Part shown: positions 48,635 through 58,459 of the stretch, in pieces | Position numbering within the stretch: the stretch's first letter is position 1 | Layout: every line of letters starts with the position of its first letter | Assembly: GCA_042408215.1 (NCBI GenBank) | Contig: JAYFMW010000003.1 | Location: 288,001 to 352,000 of the forward strand | DNA from: Microcoleus sp. | GTDB lineage: Bacteria; Cyanobacteriota; Cyanobacteriia; Cyanobacteriales; Microcoleaceae | Direction: 5' to 3' | DNA length: 64,000 nucleotides | Translations under genes and position numbers: made by a program | The notes under the pieces: generated by a model | Seen by the model: the letters and a program-made list of their open reading frames with translations, nothing else | Databases searched by the model: none | Told to the model about the DNA's origin: nothing

Positions 48635-51118
48635 ATGAAGCTATTTAGCAAAGGTGTCACAGCCAGTATCATTTTTTTTGCATTATTTTACGGTGGCGGA
48701 GTCAGTGCCCAAATTGTGCCGGACGCGACACTGCCAAATAATTCTAATGTTATTAGAGACGGACTGCTTAATCGGATTACGGGCGGCACGGAGGCTGGAA
48801 ATAACTTATTTCATAGCTTTCGTGAGTTTTCAGTAACTACGAACGGGACTGCATATTTTGAGAATAACTTGCATATTCAAAATATCTTTTCTAGGGTAAC
48901 GGGAAACTCGATTTCTAATGTTGATGGGTTGATTCGCGCTAACGGAAGGGCTAATTTATTTTTGATCAATCCTAATGGGATTATTTTCGGGCCGAATGCG
49001 CGGTTGAATGTCGGCGGCTCGTTTCTGGGAACGACGGCGGAAAGTATAGTTTTTAGTGACCAAACTTCCTTTAGTGCGGCTAATCCGCAAAAGGCTCCGC
49101 TGTTAACAATTAATGTTCCCATTGGCTTGCAATTTAACAACAATCCTGGCCCGATTCTGTCTGTAGGAACTGGTCACGCTTTTTCCAGTCCCGATCCGAT
49201 TTTTGGAGTGACGCAAAAAGGTGATGCAGTCACGGGATTGGTGGCGCAACCGGGAACAAATCTGGCTTTTATTGGTGGCGATATATCTTTAACTGGCGGT
49301 ACTTTGTCGGCACAGGAAGGACATATAGAATTAGGCAGTGTTGGCGGGGGATTTGTCGGCTTTTCTGTTACCCCGTTGGGGTGGAATTTTGATTATTCGC
49401 AAGTGCCAAACTTTCGGGATATTCGGTTCTCGAAATTGGCGGCGGCGGATACTACTGGTGACGGGGGCGGCTTGCTGGTACTGCAAGGCCGGAACATTTC
49501 TACGATCGAGGGTTCTCAGATTTTAGTGCAGAATACGGGTACTCGATCGCCTGGTCAGCTTAATATTAATGCAAGGGAGCAAGTGACGATCGCCGGTACT
49601 GCACCGGATTTGCGAATTCGCACGGCTGTTGGGGGAACAACTCTAGGAACTGGTAATGGACCGGATTTGAACATCAATGCTAGACGGTTAGTAGTTCGAG
49701 ATGGCAGCACTTTGTCTGTCAATTCCTTCGGCCCTGGAACGGGAGGTAATTTGACTCTCAATGCTTCGGAATCGGTAGAAGTTAGCGGGTTTTCTCCCCT
49801 GAATCCGGCATTTTTTACTTTTGCGGGAACGCCGACTTTTGTTTCGGGAAAGGGGGGAAATGTTGTCGTCTCTACAGGCAAATTGCTGATTGAAGAGGGA
49901 GGATCGCTGGTAACATTAACTTTGGGCACGGGGGGCAAAGCTGGAGACATCACTGTTAATGCGCGAGATATAGAAATCAACGGATTTGAACCTACCTTTT
50001 TTCAACAAAGCGCGCTGACAAGTGCTTCTTTCGGACTCGGAGGTGCTGGCAATTTGACAGTTAATACCTCGACATTGACTCTCAGAAATGGAGCCTCTGT
50101 TGCTGCTAGCGCTTTAGCTTCTGGCGCTGCGGGCAGCGTTACAGTTAACGCTTCAGATTCTGTAGATATCAGTGGCTTTATGCAATTGCCCGATCGCGCG
50201 ATCGGTTCTAATATATCTTCTTCTGTGGAGATTTTGTCGCTCCCGGTGCAGCAGCGATTTGGACTGCCGCCACTGCCTTCGGCTGGCGGAGCGGATGTTA
50301 CAGTTAATACCAAAACACTGATAGCTAGAGACGGTGCGTTTTTGAATGTCAGAAATATCGGATCGGGAAATGCTGGGACACTGAGGGTAAATGCAGAGAG
50401 GATTTTTGCTAGTAATAATGGTGGCTTGGTAGCCACAACTCGATCGGGAGAAGGTGGCAATATTGTTGTGCAAGCTGATTCTGTAGAATTGCGAAACGGC
50501 GGCCTAATTACTGCTACCGCAGAAGGGACGGGCAATGGTGGTAATTTGAATATTAATGCAGGGGCGATCGCCGTCTTAGAAAACAGCAGTATTACCGCGA
50601 ATGCCGTGCGGGGAAGTGGTGGCAACATCCAAATTACCACTCAAGGGCTGTTTCAATCTCCCCAGAGCGCTATTACAGCTAGTTCCGAGCTTGGGGTTTC
50701 GGGTGCGGTGCGATTTAATACACCCGATCGCAATCCCAGCACCGAGTTAGTTAAATTGCCGGAAAATCCGATCGACGCATCGACTTTAATCGCTCAAGAT
50801 CCCTGTGCTGTGGCGGACGGGAGCAGCTTTGTCGTCGTCGGACGCGGGGGACTGCCTCCGAGTCCCGATGACGCCCTCAGTAGCAGCGCAACCGTCCTAG
50901 AATGGGCTCCGCCGGAGGGCGTGTCAGGTAGTTCTCGTGCTCCGGCTGAACCGACACAAAATCCCTCACCGCAAATCCCGGAGAGACTTGTAGAGGCTAC
51001 GGGTTGGGAAATTGCGGCTGATGGTAAAGTTGTTTTGACTGCCGATCGGCTTAATTCTCAATATAGTCCGCGAATAGTCGATCGCAGGTGTCGATCGCGG
51101 GTAGAAGATCGGAAGTAG
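48635..51118 (+). CDS. Filamentous haemagglutinin N-terminal (TPS) domain exoprotein
   Basis: Signal peptide; NLFHSF, NPNGIIFG and repeated GG.I.I beta-helix motifs. Confidence 0.92.
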   Translation: MKLFSKGVTASIIFFALFYGGGVSAQIVPDATLPNNSNVIRDGLLNRITGGTEAGNNLFHSFREFSVTTNGTAYFENNLHIQNIFSRVTGNSISNVDGLIRANGRANLFLINPNGIIFGPNARLNVGGSFLGTTAESIVFSDQTSFSAANPQKAPLLTINVPIGLQFNNNPGPILSVGTGHAFSSPDPIFGVTQKGDAVTGLVAQPGTNLAFIGGDISLTGGTLSAQEGHIELGSVGGGFVGFSVTPLGWNFDYSQVPNFRDIRFSKLAAADTTGDGGGLLVLQGRNISTIEGSQILVQNTGTRSPGQLNINAREQVTIAGTAPDLRIRTAVGGTTLGTGNGPDLNINARRLVVRDGSTLSVNSFGPGTGGNLTLNASESVEVSGFSPLNPAFFTFAGTPTFVSGKGGNVVVSTGKLLIEEGGSLVTLTLGTGGKAGDITVNARDIEINGFEPTFFQQSALTSASFGLGGAGNLTVNTSTLTLRNGASVAASALASGAAGSVTVNASDSVDISGFMQLPDRAIGSNISSSVEILSLPVQQRFGLPPLPSAGGADVTVNTKTLIARDGAFLNVRNIGSGNAGTLRVNAERIFASNNGGLVATTRSGEGGNIVVQADSVELRNGGLITATAEGTGNGGNLNINAGAIAVLENSSITANAVRGSGGNIQITTQGLFQSPQSAITASSELGVSGAVRFNTPDRNPSTELVKLPENPIDASTLIAQDPCAVADGSSFVVVGRGGLPPSPDDALSSSATVLEWAPPEGVSGSSRAPAEPTQNPSPQIPERLVEATGWEIAADGKVVLTADRLNSQYSPRIVDRRCRSRVEDRK

Positions 51119-51166
51119 AAAACTCATGTTTCACTCTTTGCGTTTCAATAGTTTCAATAGTTTCAA

Positions 51167-51260
51167 TAGAGCCCAGCCGAATGTAATTCGCGGCTACACC
51201 ATAGAACCCCGCCGAATGTAATTCGCGGCTACACCATAGAACCCCGCCGAATGTAATTCC
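51167..51260. repeat. About three 34-nt tandem repeats with a gccgaatgtaattcgcggc hairpin
   Basis: Directly visible. Confidence 0.8.
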
Positions 51261-51321
51261 GATGCTCCACAAACAAAGTCCACTCAAGCGCGGACTAAAG
51301 AGAAGAGTCAGCCAAATTTTT

Positions 51322-54079
51322 ATGAAAAAAATACCGATTTTTACAATTTGCATTTTGTCTGTTGCTAGCACTTTTTATACTCCAAAAGCCCTAGCTGTTA
51401 ACCCAGAAATATTTGCTCGCGCCGAACTAGGACAAAGTGCACAGTCCAATGAATTACAGGGTTTAGAACGACAGGCTCAACAAGAATACGAAGCTGAGAG
51501 ATTTGCAAGTTCGATCGAGCTTTTGCAGCGCTTAGTTGCTAATTATACCGCCCAAGGCCAGAAAATCGGTCAAGCCCGGACGTTGAGAAATTTAGGACTG
51601 GTTTATTCCCAAACAGGAGAAAGGTCAAAAGCAGAAGCCGCAATTGCTGACGGTTTCAATCAATTAAAAGCTATAGAAAATTCAGCGGAACGGACAAAAA
51701 TCTTAGCTCAAATTTTAGAAGTAAAAGGACAGTTGGAATTATCCGGCGGCCAATCGGAACAAGCTCTCGAAACCTGGAAACAAGCTGGCGATGCTTACCA
51801 AGAAATCGCCGATTTTACAGGAGTGACGAGAACTCAGATCGATCGCGCTCAAGCTATGCAACAATTGGGATTGTACCATCGGGCGATCGAAACTTTGACA
51901 GCAGTCGGAGCAACTCTGCAAAATCAACCGGATTCCGTACTGAAAGCGAGGGGACTTCAGAGTTTGGGCGAGTGTCTGCGGGTAGTTGGAGATTTGGAGC
52001 GATCGCAAGCAGTTTTGCAGCAAAGTTTGATTGTAGCCGAAAAAGTGCGATCGACCGAAGCATCAGCCGCCACCCTGATTAGTTTGGGCAATTTAGCCAG
52101 AGTTCGACAACAGCCAGAAACCGCCCTAGATTTTTATCAACGCGCCCTCAAAACCTCTACTTTACCTAATACTCAAATTCAAGCATTACTCAATCAACTG
52201 AGTCTATTAACCGACCAAAAACAATGGTCGCAAGCAAAAATTTTAGCTGCACAAATACAGCCTTTAATTGCCAAGATGCCGCCCAGCAGAACCGCCGTTT
52301 ATGCTAAAATAAACTTAGCGCGCAACTGGCTGAAAATCCTACAGCAAAACCGAGGTAAAACAGAAGATAGAGATCAAATTCCCAATACTTCGGCTACGTG
52401 GCCCCTTATCCCTTCGACTGCGTTTACTCTGAGCGTAGTCGAAGGGCATCAGGCTAAACGCAGTCGAAGGGCTCAGGATAAACTCAGTCGAAGGGCTCAG
52501 TACAAGTTCCCAATTCCCAATTCCCAATTATCAAGAACCCGCCCAATTATTAGCAGATTCAGTCCAAGTCGCCCACAGCTTAAAAGACCAAAGAGCCGAA
52601 GCTTACGCCCTGGGAAATTTGGGCCAAATTTACGAAGAAAACCAGCAGTGGCCCGAAGCCAGAAAATTAACCGAAAAAGCCCTACTTTTATCCCAAGCAA
52701 TTAGCGCCCCCGATCTGGCATATCAGTGGGAATGGCAATTAGGAAGAATCCTCAAAAACCAAGGACAAACACCAGGATCACTTGCCTCCTACACTCAAGC
52801 AGTCAGCACCCTTCAGTCTCTCCGTAGCGACTTAGTTACGATTAGCTCAGATGTACAATTTTCCTTTCGAGAAAGTGTCGAACCAGTCTATCGGGAACTC
52901 GTGAGTTTGCTGTTGCAACCCACCGCTAGTAACAAACAAATCGAGCAATCAGCACTAATTCAAGCGCGACAAGTAATTGAATCTCTCCAAGTAGCTGAAC
53001 TCGACAATTTCTTTCGGGATGCTTGCAGTCAAGTGCGGCCAATAGAAATCGACAAAATCGATCCGCAAGCTGCTGTTTTTTATCCGATTATTTTGCCAGA
53101 TAGATTAGAAGTAATTGTCAGACTTCCCGGTCAACCTTTGCGACATTACACCGCCTTTGTAGGGGAAGACAAAGTAGAAGAAACCCTCACGAAAATGCGA
53201 GTAGGTTTAACAAGAAATCTGCTGCGGCGAGCTTTAACAACTTTTCTCGAACCCTCACAACAGGTTTACAATTGGTTGATTCGTCCCATCGAATCAGATT
53301 TAGCAGCCAGCGGAGTTAAAACATTAGTGTTTATTTCTGACGGTTCCCTGCGAAATATTCCTATGGCTACCCTGCATAATGGCGAACAGTATTTAGCCGA
53401 AAAATACAGCGTTGCAGTGGCCCCGGCACTACAATTAGTAGATGCCAAACCTTTAGCCAAAGAGAAATTAAAAATACTCACCGGCGGAGTCAGCGAAGCT
53501 CGCCAAGGGTTTGATGCACTCCCCGGAGTTGCATGGGAATTGCAGAGTATCGGGGCCGCAATTCCGACCACAAAACTGTTAAATCAATCTTTTACAGAAT
53601 CGAATTTAAAAGCGGCAATAAGTTCTGTTCCTTTCTCGATCATTCACTTAGCAACACACGGCGAATTCAGTTCCAAATCTGAAAATACTTTTATTCTAGC
53701 TTGGGACGATCGAATTAATTCTAAAGAGCTTAATAATCTGTTGCAACGGAATAAAAAGGACGATCGCGCGATCGAGCTTTTAGTGCTCAGCGCCTGTAGA
53801 ACCGCCGTGGGAGACAGGCGAGCCGCCTTAGGTTTAGCGGGAGTAGCCGTGCGAGCCGGAGCCCGCAGTACCTTAGCATCTTTGTGGTATGTCAGCGATG
53901 ATGCAACTGCTGTATTAATGACCAAATTTTACCAAGAATTAGCCCAGTCTCAGACAACAGGAAATAGCATCACAAAAGCTGAAGCTCTCCGCCGCGCCCA
54001 ACAAGCGCTGATGCGGGATGAGAGATTTTCTCATCCCTATTTTTGGTCGGCTTTTGTATTAGTAGGAAATTGGTTGTAA
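51322..54079 (+). pseudogene. Secreted TPR-CHAT protein, frame broken by a repeat insertion at about 52380-52530
   Basis: TPRs resume as PNYQEPAQLLADS..AEAYALGNLGQIYE; HLATHGEF, LSACRTA and HPYFWSAF motifs. Confidence 0.8.
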
Positions 54080-54187
54080 TCCGCCTTATTTCTTAGTCTC
54101 CGCAGAGAGGAACGAAATTTTTTGTAGGGGCTATCCCCCCGTGGTAGCCCCGATTTCCATCGCCGAGTGACTGCAAACCGCTCGTTT

Positions 54188-54520
54188 TTAATGTTCGCTA
54201 ATATGCTTAATTCCCCATGGGTGCATCGCATCAAGAATCGGTTTGAGACTTTCGCCCAAAGGCGTTAGTGAATATTCAACTTTCGGCGGAACTTGCAAAT
54301 AAATTTCCCGATGCACAATCCCGTCTGACTCCATTTCCCGCAGTTGCTGCGTCAGCATTTTCTGAGTAATGCCGTTCAAAGCTCTTTGCAGCTCGTTAAA
54401 ACGCTTCACTCCTTGAAATAGCTCCCGCAGAATCAAGACTTTCCAGCGCCCGCCAATTACCTCTAGAGTTCGTTCTACAGGGCAATTTGCTCGATCGATA
54501 CTTCCTTCTTTGACTTGCAT
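54188..54520 (-). CDS. HxlR family winged-helix transcriptional regulator
   Basis: [20 protein letters not shown] and PPKVEYSLT motifs. Confidence 0.92.
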   Translation of the reverse strand: MQVKEGSIDRANCPVERTLEVIGGRWKVLILRELFQGVKRFNELQRALNGITQKMLTQQLREMESDGIVHREIYLQVPPKVEYSLTPLGESLKPILDAMHPWGIKHISEH

Positions 54521-54540
54521 AGTATCTTTTGAGTAACTAC

Positions 54541-54556
54541 CGCACTTAAAAGTGCG
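54541..54556. promoter_or_regulatory. Candidate HxlR operator palindrome
   Basis: cgcactt-aa-aagtgcg in the divergent intergenic region. Confidence 0.5.
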
Positions 54557-54667
54557 TACTTCCCATAATAGCTTGACTCGGTTTAAAGTAGAAACATCCC
54601 AGAAATCAAACAAACTAAACCAATACATAGATTGCTGAATCTGGCATCAATCAAAAAGGAGAACACG

Positions 54668-54904
54668 ATGAGCGAACCCGTGATAGCTGATAAAAAACCC
54701 GCCGTTATGGAACTTGAACCCGGTACTTACTACTGGTGCGCCTGCGGTCAAGCTAAGAATCAGCCTTTTTGTGACGGTTCCCATAAAGGTAGCGAATTTG
54801 TGCCGCTAGCTTTTGAAGTAACTGAGAAAAGAAATGTAGCGCTGTGCAACTGCAAGTATACCGCAAATACTCCATTTTGCGACGGCGCTCATAGCAAACT
54901 TTAA
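54668..54904 (+). CDS. CDGSH iron-sulfur domain protein (two motifs)
   Basis: WCACG..PFCDGSH and LCNCK..PFCDGAH. Confidence 0.92.
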   Translation: MSEPVIADKKPAVMELEPGTYYWCACGQAKNQPFCDGSHKGSEFVPLAFEVTEKRNVALCNCKYTANTPFCDGAHSKL

Positions 54905-55121
54905 AGGCAGCAATAATCCAGGAGAAACCAATCGCACATCAACCGCTTTTGGTTTCTTTTTCCAACTAAATAGGACTTAAGCATCAATACCAAAGAAACC
55001 GGGTTTTTCACCGATATTAAAGGCTGCAATGCACTATTTTCGTAAAAAACAGACGGTTTCTCCGTCCAATACGGCTAAACAAACACCACAATTTTCATGA
55101 TTTTTAAACTAGGAGTAGAAG

Positions 55122-55820
55122 ATGATTACTGTTCGCAAAAGTGAAGCCAGAGGACACGCCAATCATGGTTGGCTGGACAGTTATCACACATTTTCTTTTG
55201 CCAATTATTACGACCCAAATTATATGAGCTTTCGCTCTTTACGGGTAATTAATGAAGATATCATTAACCCCGGCAAAGGTTTCGGCACTCACGGCCACAC
55301 CGACATGGAAATCATTACTTATGTATTGGAAGGAGCCTTAGAACATAAGGACAGTTTGGGTACTGGTGCGATAATTAAACCCGGTGAAGTGCAGCGGATG
55401 AGTGCAGGTAAGGGCATCCAGCACAGCGAGTTCAATCCCTCGCAAACAGACCCGGTTCATTTACTGCAAATTTGGCTTTTGCCGGATACAAATGGATTGC
55501 CGCCAAGTTACGAACAGCGAGATTTTCCCCTAGCAGAAAGGCGGGGAAAATTGCGATTAGTTGCGGCGCGGGATGCTAGAGATGGTGCGCTGAAAGTGCA
55601 TCAAGATGTCGATTTATATGCGGCTGTTTTGGATAAAAACGCGCGGGTTTCTCATGCTTTGCAGTCAAATCGCCATGCTTGGGTACAAGTGGCTCGCGGC
55701 TCAGTTTTGCTCAATGGTTTGCCTTTAGAAAAGGGCGACGGGGCGGCGGTTAGCGATGAGTCTGAGGTTGTTGTTGAAGCGACAGCAGATGCTGAAATCT
55801 TGCTGTTTGATTTAGCGTAA
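55122..55820 (+). CDS. Pirin family protein (YhhW-like)
   Basis: GWLDSYHTFSF, HGHTDMEI, HSEFN and LLQIW motifs. Confidence 0.93.
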   Translation: MITVRKSEARGHANHGWLDSYHTFSFANYYDPNYMSFRSLRVINEDIINPGKGFGTHGHTDMEIITYVLEGALEHKDSLGTGAIIKPGEVQRMSAGKGIQHSEFNPSQTDPVHLLQIWLLPDTNGLPPSYEQRDFPLAERRGKLRLVAARDARDGALKVHQDVDLYAAVLDKNARVSHALQSNRHAWVQVARGSVLLNGLPLEKGDGAAVSDESEVVVEATADAEILLFDLA

Positions 55821-56184
55821 ATTTGAATGGGAAATCCCCGACTTCTCCCAGAAGTCGGGGATTTGAGAACCCTCGGCGGTTGAAACCGCTACTACACAAA
55901 CGAAGTCCAATCTTAACGGACTAAGAAATTAAGACACCATCCAAGATTTTGTCCCAAAAATACCTGCTACAAGTTCAGGAATGCCAAAATCAACATCTAA
56001 TTTCTTTCACTCTTTTCTTTCTTACTCTCCACCCTCTGCGCTCTCTGCGCTCTCTGCGGTTAATCAAAAAAACTATTTTACAAATAACATAGGATTGCCA
56101 TAGCTGAAATTTGTGTCAAAATATGCCACAAGCCGGAAAACTTTTCCGTCAGTTGAGATATTGATATGTTAAGTTGAAAAAAAA

Positions 56185-57828
56185 ATGAATTACAGCAGAA
56201 CAATTCCGGCTTTTTTGAGTGCTACGATCGCCCTAAGTGCGATCGCCCTCATCCCAGTTACATCACCTCAAATCGCCCTAGCCTTAACCGCCGACCAAGT
56301 TAAAACCGTTGCTAAAGCTGTCACCGTCCGCATAGAAGGGCCAAAGGGCGGTTCTGGAGTAATTTTAGAAAAAAAAGGTAACACCTACTATATCCTCACT
56401 AACTGGCACGTTGTAGATCAAGCCGGCGATTATCGGGCGATAACTCCCGATGGTCGAGCTCACTCTGTATACTATACTTTGATCCGGCGAATGCCCGGTG
56501 CGGATTTGGCGATCGTCCCCTTCAGCAGCCCTGAAAGCTACCGCCTCGCGACCTTGGCTAATTCCCCAGCAACTGCGGGAAAAAGGGTTTCCGTGGCTGG
56601 CTGGCCGATATCCGGTGGTTCCCTCAGACAGCCGATTTTCATTGCCACAGAAGGCTTGCTCACCGGCCGCCAGACTCCCTGGAACGGTTATACATTGGTA
56701 TACAATAACTTAGTGAGAGCGGGGATGAGTGGCGGCCCAGTGCTCGACGATGGGGGGCGACTTGTGGCAATTAACGGCATTGTTAGGTTAGAGGAAAATT
56801 CGGATAAAATCGTGGCGGCGGGGATAGAAATCAATACTTTCATGAAATGGCGATCGACTATTTCGCTACCGGTAGTCCCCCAATCTCCAACCGCCACAAC
56901 TCCGCAAACTCCGGTTAACAATTCCCCCCGCAAACCTGCAAGTGCGATCGCCTTTGCTGCTACAAATACTCTCAAAGCGCCTTCTGAAGTAGTGAGTTCA
57001 GTTTCCCTGGCTGCTGCTTATTTTGCAACAGGAAATAGTAACGGCACTATCTCTGTCTGGAATTTACCGGGCGGAGAATTAAAAACTACGTTGCGGAGTC
57101 ACGGGGAATCAGTAAATGCAGTAGCAATGAGTGCAGATGGGAAAATTTTAGCTAGCGGTAGCGATGACAAAACTGTTAAAATTTGGAATTTAGAAACAGG
57201 TGCGGTAACACGCACTTTGAGCGGGCATTCCGATGCAGTTTCGACGGTTGCTATTAGTCCCGACGGTGAGTTTTTAGTTAGCGGTAGTTGGGACAAAACG
57301 ATTAAAATTTGGCAGGGGAAAACGGGGGAGTTGCTGCGGACTTTGACCGGGCATTCTGGGTTGGTGAATGCTGTTACCATCAGTCCCGACAGCCAAGTTT
57401 TAGCTAGCGGTAGCAAAGACGGTTCGATTAAGTTATGGGATTTAGCCACAGGTCAAGCAATTCGCACGATTAGTGGCAAGAATTTGTCTGTTTTGTCATT
57501 AGCTTTTAGTCCCGATGGCAAGAGTTTAGCGGCGGGAAACAGCAACGGTACAATTGGTTTGTGGAATGTAGGAAACGGGCAGTTAATTCGGCGTTTGAGC
57601 GGCCATACGGATGGGGTTTGGTCGGTGGCAATTAGTCGGGATGGTAGTACGCTGGTTAGTGGGAGTTGGGATAAGACTGTTAAGCTTTGGGATGTGCGAT
57701 CGGGTGATTTGAGGGGTACTTTGAGCGGGCATTCTGGCTATGTTAGTGCTGTGGCTATTAGTGGGGATGGTAAGACTATTGTTAGTGCTGGTTGGTTGGG
57801 GGAAATTAAGATTTGGAACAGGAGTTGA
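56185..57828 (+). CDS. Trypsin-like serine protease + WD40 repeats, secreted
   Basis: LTNWHV, ADLAIV, GMSGGP triad; seven GH..WD repeats. Confidence 0.9.
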   Translation: MNYSRTIPAFLSATIALSAIALIPVTSPQIALALTADQVKTVAKAVTVRIEGPKGGSGVILEKKGNTYYILTNWHVVDQAGDYRAITPDGRAHSVYYTLIRRMPGADLAIVPFSSPESYRLATLANSPATAGKRVSVAGWPISGGSLRQPIFIATEGLLTGRQTPWNGYTLVYNNLVRAGMSGGPVLDDGGRLVAINGIVRLEENSDKIVAAGIEINTFMKWRSTISLPVVPQSPTATTPQTPVNNSPRKPASAIAFAATNTLKAPSEVVSSVSLAAAYFATGNSNGTISVWNLPGGELKTTLRSHGESVNAVAMSADGKILASGSDDKTVKIWNLETGAVTRTLSGHSDAVSTVAISPDGEFLVSGSWDKTIKIWQGKTGELLRTLTGHSGLVNAVTISPDSQVLASGSKDGSIKLWDLATGQAIRTISGKNLSVLSLAFSPDGKSLAAGNSNGTIGLWNVGNGQLIRRLSGHTDGVWSVAISRDGSTLVSGSWDKTVKLWDVRSGDLRGTLSGHSGYVSAVAISGDGKTIVSAGWLGEIKIWNRS

Positions 57829-58459
57829 GTTTTTTTTTATTAACCGCAGAGGGCGCAGAGGGCGCAGAGGAGGAGAAGAGAGCAGAGGGTTTGCATTTGA
57901 TTGAGTAGTGTTATGCGATTATCTGTGGATGCTCCGGTAGTTAATCCCCAAGGCTCAATTTGTGATTGTTTTTAATGCTGAGTTCAACCTAGGCACTGCC
58001 CCTAGCAGTAGCGAATGCAGCTAGTTGAGGGTTGATTTTGAATGCGATCGCACTTCCATCTTATCCTCCCGGCCCGATCGCATTCGTAGTACCAGACTAC
58101 TGTCTTTCTTCTACAGTTTTTCCGATCCCCCCTAGCCCCCCTTAAGAAGGGGGGAACCGGAGTATTCTCAATGTCCCCCAACAATCAGGGGGATGCGAGG
58201 GGGATCGAGACTTCGATACAAGCGAGATAACACCAGCCCGAAACAAGCGTCCCGGTTCCAAGTACGATCGTCAGTTGTGATAAATTTGGTTATTGCCGGA
58301 CTAGAGTCAAAAATTAGTTCTAGCCCGGATGTTTCCATCGAAAATCCTTGCATCGCCCGATCGCAAGAATTGGGTCACAATCCCCCGGATTCATCTGTGG
58401 GTCGCCTTTAAAATCTAAAATCTAAAATCTAAAATCTAAAATCGCGTGACTTCTGAAAC

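Noticed and set aside
50002..50640. 212-aa minus-strand ORF
   Set aside because: It is the antisense shadow of the Gly/Asn-rich FHA gene.
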